Positions 36,960 through 49,745 of a stretch of 64,000 bases of DNA are shown here, one piece after another. The notes below the pieces were generated by a model. It had not been told where the DNA came from. It worked only from the letters and a program-made list of their open reading frames with translations, and did not search any database. A program made the translations under genes and the position numbers. The number at the start of each line of letters is the position of its first letter. The first letter of the stretch is position 1. Source of the DNA: Lama glama (lineage: Eukaryota); NCBI GenBank assembly GCA_028534125.1, contig CM052816.1, positions 49,850,001 to 49,914,000 on the forward strand, read 5' to 3'.

Positions 36960-37887
36960 AGAGGCCACTTCCACAGCAACTAGGGGAGTTCTAGCAGTTT
37001 GTTCATAGGGTCATTTGTATTTTTTAATACTTAAAATCACAGGGCGCTTACACATAATGATGTGCCTTGTTCTACTCCTACTTCCACTTTGTTTTCACTT
37101 CCTTTCACCTGGGTGAGGTCATGGCGACTTGGGGAGTATAGTTAAGGGGAGGCTGAGCTGAAAATATGTTTAGTTTGGGTTTAATAAGATATATTATGTA
37201 GCTTCATTTATTTCCACATATGGTTAAGTTATTGCTGACTAGCTGGTGTAGGAATGGGTTTCAGGAACACATTTATCCACAGTTATGCCAACTCACCCAG
37301 CTCCATGGCACGTAAATGCACAACCAGATGCTGAATCAGGATATGAATTTCTATTCTAATGCTTGGAAGGTACTAACAGTATAAGAGAAAGGCAGTTTGA
37401 AACGGACTGGACAGAGAAAATTTTTCCAAACTGTAAAATTCACATATCAAAGACATTTGATAGAAGTTTCCCCAAATTCAATAGACATCCTAAAAATATA
37501 TATACAACATTGTCAAATAGAGAGCTATGAAGTTGAAAGAAACATTTCCAAACTAATAAAAAGCAGTTTTAAATTTGCCATGTTTGACAAAAGACTGAAT
37601 TCTATTGTCTGTATAGAAAGTGATAGTAGAAAATTATTGTCATATGGAGAAGTGATCTTGTAGGAAAAAAATCCTTACTTTTAGAGGAAATTAAGCATTG
37701 GTTTTGAATTTTGTGATGTCTGTGGTATCTGATAGCTTTTTAAATATTTGTAATTTGATTTATTATTTTATTCTAAATCTATATTCCATTTGAACTTAAT
37801 TTTGTATTTTTAATATTGGATTCATTTTCTTAAGAGACCCCAAAGTTGTATACAGTTCAGGCACTAAAAAAGCTGAATCAGGCTATG
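36960..37887 (+). mobile_element. hAT-Tip100 (Zaphod-like) fossil with transposase C-terminal dimerisation-domain remnant
   Basis: ORF 37397-37663 EVSPNSIDILKIY..SYEVERNISKL..FAMFDKRLNSIVCIESD resembles the hATC pattern (P..LKI..T.P.TS...ER.FS.L...R..M...RL). Right end GTTGTATACAGTTCAGGC..AGCTGAATCAGGCTATG. Left boundary uncertain. Confidence 0.75.
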
Positions 37888-38224
37888 ACTAGCTAAACTA
37901 GCGAGTTGCCTTGTTGGAAATTAGTTACTGGTGAGATAATAAAGGCTTTGCTTAAGTCATGTGACAGAGTTGGGATTAGAAATGTACTATTATTGTAATT
38001 ATTTGTGAAAGTCTCTGAAAAGCAGAGATTCTCTTAGCATGCACTGTCTAAACTGACCTAGCGTTGACAAGTTGCTGTTTAAGGTATTTTTAAGATTAAG
38101 ATTCGAGCACTGAATATTTTATCTCAAAGATAAAATTAATAATTACTCCATCTTTACATTGTTCAGTAGTAACTACAAGTATTTGTTTAACATCTTTCAC
38201 ATATCCAAAGTGCTTTTTCATACT

Positions 38225-38322
38225 CTAGATTACAGATTCTTAATGGTAGTAACAAATGTTGGTCCAGAATTGTAGCTTAGCACCTTGCAGAGTAGGTACC
38301 CAATAAATTGTTACTGAGTAAA
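38225..38322 (+). mobile_element. LINE-2 3' end
   Basis: CTAGATTACAG..CTTAGCAC..AGTAGGTACCCAATAAAT..TTACTGAGTAAA. Confidence 0.6.
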
Positions 38323-40316
38323 CCAATGACTGTATTCAACCCCCCAATACATTCTTAATTTCAGAATAGTTATCTTTATATTACCTATGAGAAAACAGAT
38401 GCAGAATGTTTGCCCAAATTTGCTCAAATAACAGGACTCAAAATTTCAAAATCTGTAGGATTTTTACTACATCGATGTCATCCTACTACAGAAAATAACA
38501 TCTTCAACCTTCCTCTACAAAGCCTATTTATTTTAAAAGAAATTCATTTACTACTAATAGACATACAAAAATTATTGTTGCAAAACATTTTAATTAATGC
38601 TTATTTGTTACAAATGTCATTAGAGTTGATAGTAGTCAAGTGCTAGACAAACATTTTCAGCATTACATTCATGCAGAAATCTATTTATTGAATTTAAGTT
38701 TTATTAACTTCAGGACTATGAGTCTGAAAAAGAAAACATTTCTAACCATCTGAATGTTCCTTTCACTTGGAAAAGCATTTATCCAGTTGACATACAATTG
38801 ACGCTTCCACAATTGAAGCCAGTATTTAATACTGCCAGACCCTATTAGAAGACAACTGTTGTCCTTTACTAGGCTCAAATGACCATTTACATTCTACCAA
38901 ATAGCAGATATTAATAGGATTGACTCACCCAGCCAACTGTGCTCAACTGTTTAAAAGGACAAGTTCATCTGTATGGAAGAGGTAACAGTCTATTTTGTAG
39001 ATCTTTGATAATGGCTGGTATCTTATCAAAAAATCACAGAGGATTCAGAATTTTTGAAGTAACAACTGACACTGGTTTTCTGTTAGTTTGTTTTAGAAGA
39101 GAAACAATAATACTCAGAAGCCCTCTACTAAGGGCTACTAGGTAAGTCTTTGAAAAAACTTGTTCCAAACATTCCGATGAAGCCTAAAACTCTGACTCCC
39201 AATAATTGCAGTACTGGGATGGGGGAGCGGTGGCTTTCCCAATCTTGATCATAGTAGTTCAGGTTCTCATACTTAAAGATAATTAGAAAGAGCATCAAAA
39301 GGAAGCTCTAAAAAAGCTCAGTGCTTTCAAAAGTGCAGCAGAGAGCCGGCCATAAGAAGCCACAGACAACGGACCCTGTGGAGGTCATGGCTAGGAGAGA
39401 GGAGGCTGCAAAACCGCTCAGAAAGGGGATATTCACACCTGGATTTGCCACTCAAACACACATATCTTGCCGACTGGCTCCACTGTGCCCTAGGCTTTAG
39501 GTCTGAGTTACAGGCAGAAAGTAAAAATTAAAGGGTGGGAACAGATGCTCTGCATCTTGAAGACCCTGTCCAGATGCTGCCACTCTAAGAGGAAAGAAGC
39601 AAATAATTCAGCAGGGCTGGGGAATTGAGAGTTTGTTGTGGGGCCGTAAGATGCTTGCTAAAATCTCAGATTGCCATCCCTGTCGCTGAACTGATGCCAG
39701 ATCCCAGCAGTCTTCAAGCACTCCCCAGGCATACTGCTGGCAGTAGCATCAAGCTCTGCAAAGGAAGCTGCAAATGGGTGCAGTGCACACCTCTGATAGG
39801 GAAGCAGTTTAACCCTCTTCTCATGTTATGGTGATGGTGGGAGGATGTCAACGTATCTAGTGGTGCATTTGATGTTAGTTATATAGAAAAGTAAAGGGCC
39901 ATAGAAAAAACTATTTATTTCTCACTCACAGACAAAAGCCTTCTGTCTTGTCCAGGGAGATAAGTGGCTTCTGTCCTCTGCTAAGAGGTTGAATGAGCAA
40001 GATAAAGAGGTAAGGCAAGGAAATGTTTTATGTAAGTGACTGCCCATGAAGAAAGCAGGGCAGAGACAGAGGTATAGGAGACTGAAGACTCTAAAGAAGA
40101 TCTCACCAACATGAATCTCCCTGATTTTAGGATTATGGCTTCTGTTAGTCCCTTCCAGTTCCTTCCCATCTCTCTCCCTTCCCTCTATGCATCTCTGTCA
40201 AATCATCAGATGTTTACAACTCACACATTTCAGGAATTTAATCTGAATTATCTGCTCCTAAGGATGTCACACAACAGATTCTTAAATTACTAAAATGAAT
40301 GCACCTCCTGTCCCCA

Positions 40317-40798
40317 CGTGGCAGATACTACAGCTGGATCACTCAGCAGTCATTCCAACCCCCTTCTACCTGCCTTTCCATCTGCAGTGTCTTGAAGGGT
40401 AAAGGCTAGATTTCCCAGATTCCTTTGCAGCTAACATTACCAATAATTTAGGTTCTGTCACTCATATAATCTCTGGAGGCTCTGAATCTAAGCTGAGTTT
40501 CATAGGAGGAGAGGAGTAGGGTATATGGCACACAATTTTTCGGTGCAGATCGTGGCAGAAGTACAGGGTGCTGGAGGTGACAGTTGGGACCATAGCATCT
40601 TGATTCAACAGGTTTCTAAAGAGTCACCTGCTCCCTTTGTGGTCCAGCTCTGCTATACAGTTTGGGAATCTATTCCTGAAAACTCCCAGCATCTGCTTCA
40701 TCAGGTCTACCAATGACTATGTAAACCCTAATAATCCCTTGAGCTTAAAGCATCTAGAATGGATTTTATTCTCTGCAGCTAAGAACCTGACTGATAAA
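40317..40798 (+). mobile_element. ERVL solo LTR, LTR33-like
   Basis: GTGGCAGATACT..CATTCCAACCCCCTTCT..ATTTCCCAGATTCCTTTGCAGCTA; ends GCTTAAAGCATCTAGAATGGATTT..TGCAGCTAAGAACCTGACTGATA. Confidence 0.78.
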
Positions 40799-42149
40799 CT
40801 TACTCCATTTTACAGTAGGACACAGAAACAAAAGAGAAATAAGTCAATGTTGTGGGAAGAAATCAGACTACTTAAGTACACTTTTCCTCCTTCAGACACC
40901 CCATGTATGAAAATTTACTAGAGGATAAATCTATACAACTGTGGGTGTCACTGTCTTAATTCCCAAACTAGACTACACTAATTTCATAAAAATCTATCAC
41001 TCAAGCTACTCAATCACATTGATTCAGAGAAATTTTTTTTAACCCTTAAACACTTGTATTTTCATGTAGCACTGACAAAAACATTTAATGGGCTTTTACC
41101 TAAGTGGCCCACTCAGGATATTGGTTGTTACAAGTGATGCCAGTTCTACTGGTTTTCCTGTGCTCTAAAAATATTCTTGAATTCTACGTCAGTTGTACTT
41201 TTTTGTTTAGGTCCTAGGAGCTCAGACCCTGAAGTACAGTAGAAGCTGTTTTGTTTGAAGAACTATAAATAATATTAGTTTCTTCAAAATAATTCTACAT
41301 TATTGGAGTTTTGCTGGAATATGGAAAAAGTGCCAGTTATACACACAAAATTTTATTATACAGAAAAAAAGTAATTGGAAAATCTTGCCTTAGAATTACC
41401 TTATATACAAAGAGTCTCATTAATCACCCAGTAAGGAGAATACAAGGAGAGTCCCAGGTTATCACACTTATTAAATTCTCACTGCCTGGGTTATCTCATA
41501 TTCTCAGCATGTGGTCCACTCTAATTTAAAATCCCACTTCTGATACATGCTAACATAGAGCAATGAGAAACAGTTAACATAGAATCAGAAACTTCTAAAC
41601 CCCTGAATAGTGTAATTAACAAAAATGAAGATAAACTTCAAATACAAAAAAAATTACAAAATTGTTCTGTAAGTGCAAAAGGAATTTTACCTTTACCTTT
41701 TGAGTAGAACTAAAAACATGTAAAAGCTCTATTTTTTCTACCTGTTCTAACTTATATTTCAGAAGCATAAAAAGAAATTCATTCTGCCAAAAGAAAAAAT
41801 TTGGATCTCTGAAAATGAAACTTGTAAGAAGCATCTTTAGAGATTGTATAAGAACAAACTAGAAATAAAAATAAGTGGATCAGATGCAGTTCCTCTGACC
41901 ATGTTTTACTAGCAGGGAGGTTGTCCATTAAATAACTTGGCCATCAGAAGGAAATCAAAGATGGAAATAAAATCCCAAAAGGGTCTTTGAGAACAACATG
42001 AAAAAAATGAGAAAATGAGAACATAAAAAATAATTGCCAAAATAAAGTTACAAAATTGAAAAGGGGCCAGAATGAGATTTTAAAAATAAAATCTTTGAAG
42101 GAGAGAATAAAGTCAAATCCTTCTAATCATAAATTAAAACAATCTCTTT

Positions 42150-42440
42150 TTAACCTACCATTTAGTGAGCAATGACTCTAAGCAACATATGTTAACACAA
42201 CATAATATTAATCACCATAAAACTCCTCTGAGTGTTTGCCACGGGCTGGGCTCTGTTCGTGCTATAGGCATATAATCTCACTTAACCTTCACAATGATCC
42301 CACCGGGCAACTATAACTGTTATCTCCATTGTGTGTTTGAAAGTGAGTTTCAGGAAATTACTGAAGGTCCTAGAAGTAGAAACAGGATTTGAGCTCCTAG
42401 TTTTCTACTCCAAACTTGGTATTATTAACCTCTGTACTAT
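42150..42440 (-). mobile_element. MIR SINE (possibly two pieces)
   Basis: ATCTCACTTAACCTTCACAA..TTATCTCCATT..AGGATTTGAGCTC..CTACTCCAAA..TTAACCTCTGTACTATACT. Confidence 0.7.
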
Positions 42441-42586
42441 ACTAATATTTTCATGGCCTTATGATTTGAACTATAACTAGTTCTACCAAATCATGCTAAC
42501 CAGACACATTCACTATGTGAATGTCCTTATGTCAGGATTCAAGAAACACATCCAAACAAGTAAGAAATGAACTAGGAATCCACCTG

Positions 42587-43160
42587 TGTATCAGTTAGGA
42601 CATTTACAACACAAAAACAAACTCAATCTTTGGTCCAAGAATGTATAAGAAGAAAAAAAAGAAAGAAAAAAAAAAAGAAAAGGAGCTCAGTAGCTCAGGA
42701 AACTGGGGAGTCCAGGAGACACTACTGTGTTTCAGGCACTGCCTGATACAGAGGTTCCAACAATGACACCAAGCCTGGAGTCCTCCCTCCTCCTGGGCTC
42801 CGAGTCCTCAACTTTGGCTCCAGTCACGGGCAGGCTCTATCTGGGGGGTAACAAGATAGTTGAGGCAGCTTCAGTCTGTCATGTTTCAAGTTTGAGTCAA
42901 GCTAGAAATAGAGACCACTTCTTCAAAGGACCAGGAAAAGACTGGCAGTAGCAAGGTATCACTTGAGTCCCATAGCACGAAGGAGACCTCAGACCTGGGG
43001 AGATGGCTGATTTTTATTGGGTTAGGCTACTGTCTCATACTCTACCTCTGGAGTCTGTGAATGGGGCTCACTGTGCCACAAGAGCTGGGGATGACAGAAA
43101 GGCAGATCCCTAAGCCAACTCATGGCTCGCTACCAAAAAAAACAAAAAACAAACAAGTGG
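42587..43160 (-). mobile_element. MaLR solo LTR, MLT1K-like
   Basis: TGTATCAGTTAGGA..AAACTCAA..GCTCAGGAAACTGGGGAGTCCAGG..TTCAGGCAC..TGATACAGAGGTTC..ATTGGGTTAGGC. Confidence 0.62.
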
Positions 43161-44017
43161 ACGTCGAATGGTCATAAAATCATAGTAGTCAAAATACTCA
43201 GTTCTAGCAACCAATTGTGAGCAGGTCACCAAATATTTCTCCAGACCTCATTTTCTTCATCTTTAAGATGCCAGGTTGACCTAAATGATTTCCAGCACGT
43301 GAATTTACTGCACAGTTCTATAGGAAGTCCTAAATCATAAATATTACTCTTTGCCAAAATTCCACTTCTTTATCTGACTTCCCCACCCATTTAATGCCTG
43401 CCTACCAGTTTCTCTGGCCTCTGATGTTTCTCCCTGCTTAGCCCAGGCCTTCCTCCGTGGTAACACTGAGACTCCTGACAAAGCCCTGTGCTCCACCTAG
43501 ACTTCTCTCAGCCCTTAGCCTCTGCCTTTCACAAACCCCATCTTCTCCTGTCTCTTCTCGGTACTTTGTGTGAGTATAGCTATTGATATACCCAGCACAT
43601 AGCAGATTAAATCAAAACTTTTAGTAAAAATTAAGTGCCGTCACATTCATAAATGACCACCCCCATTAACGTGTTTGCACTCAGTAATGGCTTAACTCAT
43701 AAAAGCAGCTCTATTCTGGGATTTGTAATTGGCGTCTTTCATGACATTCAAATTCAGCTTCTTAGTCTATAGATAAGTGAAACTCTTCCACTTACGCAGT
43801 CTTAAAACCCATCCCCAGAAAATCAGATTAGTAGAATGATCTATGAATTAGTCAGTTCTATGTGGGCAGGGATTGTATCTTGTTCATCTTCACTTACCCC
43901 AATGCCAAGCACATAGTCAGAAGTCACTTAATATGGGATAAAAGCTGAAATCCACTGCCCTGGAATTGTCAGTCTATAAAGTGAGTATTTATCAGCAGCT
44001 TCAAAGTTTTTATAATC

Positions 44018-44280
44018 TCATCATTCATTTATCCAGCAAAAATATGTCAGCCGGTGTTCTGGTACTAAAGATACACAGGTGAATAAAATATACAAAATTC
44101 TATTTTCATAAAGCTTACATTCCACTGGAAAGAGGGCGAGTGAATTAATAATTAAATATTATGTCAGGGAGTGATGTGTGCTAGAACAAACACAAACAGA
44201 GGAAGAAAACAGAGAAGGATGAGAGAGTTGTGGGTTCAGAAAGGGTGTCCAAAGGTTGCCTCTAATGAGAGGATTTGGAG
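44018..44280 (-). mobile_element. LINE-2 3' fragment
   Basis: TCATTCATTTATCCAGCAAA..GGTGAATAAAA..AGCTTACATTC..GTGATGTGTGCTA. Confidence 0.7.
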
Positions 44281-44961
44281 CACTCTTTCTCTGGTCCCTA
44301 CTGTACGAGGTAGGAAAGTGTGCTTGTCATATTTCATACAAAAAGTTCTACAAAAGCAATAGTTACACTTGAGTTAGACAATATCTGAATTGCTCCAAAT
44401 TCCAGTCTACTGATTCTTTTGTAATTACTGATAAAAAGTGTCAAAACTAGATGTATTATAGTTATAGAATGAATAAAACTCATTCTCAGAGAAATTCAGA
44501 ATGAAAGAAGCAATGAAAGCGGTGTCAAAAAGGTAATGATCCTTGCAGCCACACACTGATTGCGGCTTTGCTGTGCTGGGGAAGGGTAGTCTGGGATGTC
44601 ACTTAGGCAGTGGAACCCGGGCAGTGTGGGCTCTCAAGGCCTTGCTGCCGGAGGGTATTCACTATGGATGCAAATATGTGTTCTTCCCTCATTATTATTC
44701 ATAACAGCCCCCAACAGACTTTTACAAAGCAAAACATCATTCACTAAGCTCAGTATCCATGAACTTAAAATATGGTTCTTCACTCATGTGTCACTAATCA
44801 CCACTCAAGTAACTAAAGTGTATTTATAAACCATTATCCCATAGAGGTTACTGCAGGCCATTTTAGGAGATGCTTTCCCAGAGAGTGGAGCTGTTATAAA
44901 ATTTTAAAGAGGAACTCGAAAACCAAGTCATGGATCATTTTTCCTTTCTCATTAAAATGTC

Positions 44962-46620
44962 ACATTCCTATACACTAACAACAAAATAGCAGAAAGGGAA
45001 ATTAAGGAAGCAATACCATTTACCATCGCACGTAAAGAATAAAATACATCGGAATAAACCTAGGTATTTGCCTTCACTGAAGGAGGCAAAAGACCTATAT
45101 GACGAAAACTACAAGACAATGATGAAGGAAATTGAAGATGACATAAACAAATGGAAAAACACACTGTGTTCTTGGATTGGAAGAATCAATATTGCTAAAA
45201 TGGTCATACTGCCCAAGGCAATTTACAGATTCAATGTGGTCCCTATCAAATTACCAATGACATTATTTACAGAGCTAGAACAAAAAAATGTTAAAATTTG
45301 TATGGAAACACAGAAGACCCCAAATACCCAAAACAATCTTGAAAAAGAATGGAGCTGGGGGAATCATGCACCCTGACTTCAGATTATACTACAAAAATAC
45401 AGTAATCAAACAATATCGTACTGGCACAAAAACAGATACACAGATCAATGGAACAGGATAGAAAGTCCAGAAATAAACCCAAGCACTTGTGATCCATTAA
45501 TATGTGACAAAGGAGGCAAGAATATACAATGAAGAAAAGACAGTTTCTTCAATAAGTGGTCGGGAAAAACTGGACAGCTATCTGTAAAAGATTGAAATTA
45601 GAATATTCTCTAACACTGTGTACAAAAATAAACTCAAAATAGATTAAAGACCTAAATGTAAGACCAGATACTATAAAACCCCTAGAGGAAAACATAGGCA
45701 GAACACTCTTGGACATAAATCACTGCAATATATTTTTTGAACCAACACATGAAATAGTGGAAATAAAGTCAAAAATAAACAAATGGGATCTAATTAAACT
45801 TAAAAGCTTTTGCACAGCTAAGGATACCATCAACAAAACAAAAAGACAACCTACAGAATGGGAGAAAATATTTGCAAATGATGCAGCTGACAAGGGACTA
45901 ATTTCCAAAATATACAAACAGCTCATACACCTTAATATCAAAGAAATAAGCAACCCAATCCAACAGTGGGCAGAAGACCTAAACAAGCAATTCTCCAATG
46001 AAGACATACAAATGGACAATAGGCACATGAAAAAATGCTCAGCATCGCTAATTGTCAGAGAAATGCAGATCAAAACCACAATGAGCTATCACCTCACACC
46101 AGCCAGAATGGCCATCATTGAAGACTCTACAAACGATAGATGCTGGAGAGGGTGTGGAGAAAAGGGAACCCTCTTACACTGTTGGTGGGAGTGTAGACTG
46201 GTGCAGTCACTATGGAGGACAGTATGGAGGCTCCTTAAAAAACTAAAAATAGATTTACCATATGATCAGCAATCCCACTCCTGGGCATATATACAGAGAA
46301 AAATAAAATTCAAAAAGATACATGCACCCCAGTGTTCACATCAGCAGTATTTACAATAGCCAAGACATGGAAACAACCCAAATGTCCATCAACAGATGAC
46401 TGGATAAAGAAGATGTGGTATATCTGCAAGGCAACACTACTCAGCGATAAAAATGAATAAAATAATGCCATTTGCAGCAACATGGATGGACCTGAAGATC
46501 GTCATTCTAAGTGAAGTGAGCCAGAAAGAGAAAGAAAAATGCCATGTATCACTTCTATGTGGAATCTAAAAAATAATAATAAAACAAAATAAAAATAAAA
46601 ACACAAATGAACTACTTATT
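44962..46620 (+). mobile_element. L1 fragment: ORF2 C-terminal part and start of 3'UTR, truncated at both ends
   Basis: ORFs 45068-45376 ([23 protein letters not shown]) and 45709-46359 ([14 protein letters not shown]; Cys-rich [18 protein letters not shown]). Confidence 0.95.
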
Positions 46621-47954
46621 ATTTATAACTTAGTGACTGATTTCCTGAATATGTGTAAGCACATTTGACTGCCCTTTATTACCACACTCTGTTGATTCTA
46701 ATTTGTTGGCTTTATTCTTTTGATAACTATGTAAGTTTAAAAAGCTAAAGCTCGAATCTGTTCTTAGAAACAATGATCAGTACATATATGTAAACTAAAA
46801 AAAATGTGCAATATATTGTATATGTATTTACATGCAATATAATGTATACATGCAGTCAAACTGTAATAACTCTACCTTACAAAACTGAAAAAGGAAAAAT
46901 AAATAAGAGAAGACAAAGACAATACAAAAATATTTTGAATGGTATTCAATTGTATTTGATGAATGATTGTGAAGGAGGAATGTTTAAAAATTTCTCTATT
47001 AAGGCCTACAACATTTTAGAAAGACTGAAACAATGATTGTTATAAAAGTCCAGGTAGACATTTGAGAATGATATGACATTATTTATATTATAGGTTGAGA
47101 TGGTGCTACAATAAAAATGGGTATATTAAACTGAAGAACTTTTGCATTAAAATACAGGTGTGTGTGGTTTATTTCAAGAAGTACACCCATTAAAGAAATG
47201 TGAAAAATGTTAAAAAAAAAAAAGTCACAGAAAATTCTGAAAGTTAAAAAAATTCTATCACTTTGGTATCAAGCATTTTGTTTTCATTTTTTATTTATGA
47301 AAAAAATATACACACAAACCTAATTTTAAATTTTATGTAAAATGAAGAATCTGGATTTAATGACCCAGAGAGTTCACTGCAACTCTAGAGTTCAGTGATT
47401 CTGCTTGAATGGGCCTTTGTTACAATTTTTTTTTTAATGGAGATAAAGATAAGTTAAACCAAATGCTCAATATAAGCAATTAAGAAATACGTGATACTGA
47501 GGGACATGGATCCATTTTTTAGGTTCTCACTTTTAAAATTAGAGAGAACTACCTAGTATCACAATGAACATTCCAAATATATCTCTGTTGCATTGATGTA
47601 ATTGAAAAGATGATATAGAAAAACTCTCCATGTTAAAGTTTTAATGCATTAAATAAATAGACTTCACAGATACACATATACACAGGAAATGGAAAACTTG
47701 ATTTGTTAGCCACATGATTGAAGCCAAATAAATCTAGTTATCTAGTTCTTTTAAATGAAAGTAACTATTCAACTGAATTATATGTAAAATATATTCTACC
47801 ATATATAATATACATAGTACTATATTATATTCCTCTAGAATCTCTGATTTTGTATATACATATAAAAATATGTTTATATATACACACATATAACCTCAAA
47901 TAAATATGTATTTACCCATATAATAAATTTTATTCCAATTATGCTTTTTAGGCA

Positions 47955-48341
47955 TTTTTTTTAAATTAGAGTACAGTCAGTCTACAATGTTGTGTCAATT
48001 TCTGGGGCACAGCATAATGCTTCAGTCATACATGAACATACATATATTCCTTTTCCTATTTTTTTCATTATGGGTTACTACAAGATATTGACTATAGTTC
48101 CCTGTGCTATACAGTAAAAACTTGTTCATCTATTTTACATATAGTAGTTAGTATCCAAAAGTCTTGAACTCCCAAATTATCCCTTTCCATGTGGCCCTTT
48201 TCCCCTCTGGTAACCCTAAGTTTGTTTTTTGTCTGTGCATATGTTTCTGTTTTGTAAATAGGTTCATTTGTATCTTTTTTTTTTTTACATTCCACATATG
48301 AGTGATATCATATGGCATTTTTCTTTCTCTTTCTGGCTTAC
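47955..48341 (-). mobile_element. 5'-truncated L1 3'UTR
   Basis: T-run then TACAGTCAGTCTACAATGTTGTGTCAATTTCTGG..TATAGTTCCCTGTGCTATACAGTA..TTCCACATATGAGTGATATCATATGG; reverse complement of the 12400-12750-type sequence. Confidence 0.92.
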
Positions 48342-49559
48342 TACAAGTATGTGTTTTAATGAATGAATTTTTGGTGTGTAACTGCGTATGGATAGAATAA
48401 TGTCACTACAGAGATTAAAAAAATAGTCTTTTGACTTTTGTTCCTATTTCTCTATTTCAGAAAAAATTCAAGATAGAATAATTTGATGAGTACCAGAACT
48501 AGCAAAAATCATTCATTTCACTCTTACAGTGACAACCAGAACACTACTGGGACAAAACAGCTTTCATTCATTTGAAACTACCAAGCACATCTCAGGTTTA
48601 TAAAGCCTCATCACAATTCCGTATCTGTGCATAATACTCTGGGCATTTATAAAGAAAATATGAGCCTTAACATGAGACAACAAAGGGTGATGCTCACCTT
48701 AGAACAAAATAATTACAAATACCTGAATAATGAGGTATATGCAGGAAACATTTTATATGAACTATATGGGCTCTAAGATTCTCCTCCTAGAAAAAGTTAT
48801 TGAGGATTTTAGCAACACGTAGAGACAGAGACAAGCAGTAAGGTAATATGACAGCAACATAAAAATTGCATTATGTATATTCTGTACTGTGAGAGTTTCA
48901 TGGGGGAAAACGAGTATGGAGTCAACAGAAAAAGCAACAGCAGATGTGCAGAGACAGAAACTAGAGTGGGGAATAATATGAATGAATGCAAGGTTTCATG
49001 AACTAGGCAAAAGAAGCCTAGGGAAATCTTACGGGCATGGAAGGGTAAATGACCCTCATACACCTAAAACAGAAACAGAATTGATTCTGTGTGCTGTGTC
49101 AGCACATGACTATTGAAAGATGATAAATCTGCCAAAGGTATGATTGGACAGTGAAGGGAAGTACTGGGCTTAAAGTCAAAATTCAAGCACAGAAAAGTAC
49201 CTCCCACCAAAGATACTTAATGTAACAATAAACTGAGCCAATGGTAAGTCTAGAATTGCAACTACCAAGACAAGTACAGACTCATTAACTCCAGGATTAA
49301 TTTTGGATTCTGATCATCTAGATGTCTTTTAATGGAATATCAAAGCAATAATGATACTTAAGAATAGCAATCAATTATTAATCTCCTATCAGAGTCCAGA
49401 TGATATTCTATGTCCTTTTAAAACATTACATATAGTTCGGAACAAAAGTTAAGCTTGTGTGTGTGTTGTGTGTGTGTGCGCACTCGTGTGCGCGCACCTA
49501 CCAAGATTCCTTGTGTGTGTGTGTAAGTAAGCCTACCAAGATGCCAATCCTTTTTCTGC

Positions 49560-49745
49560 AATTTGTTAGGTTTGTGATCTTGACTATTACATAACTTATC
49601 TTAAATCCTAGATTTTCATCTATGAACAGTCTTGCTACCTACCCTAAAGTTTTGTCATAAGGAAGGAATGAAACAGTATAATCCTTAACACCTTGCAGGG
49701 AGAGTGAACACAATAAAATGATCACTAAATGGTCACTTTTACTAT
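49560..49745 (+). mobile_element. MIR SINE
   Basis: TGTGATCTTGA..TTTTCATCTATGAA..CTACCTACC..TAAATGGTCACTTTTACTAT. Confidence 0.6.

Noticed and set aside
45709..46359. Longest ORF (216 aa) as a host gene
   Set aside because: It is the L1 ORF2p C-terminus, with upstream stops and frameshifts.
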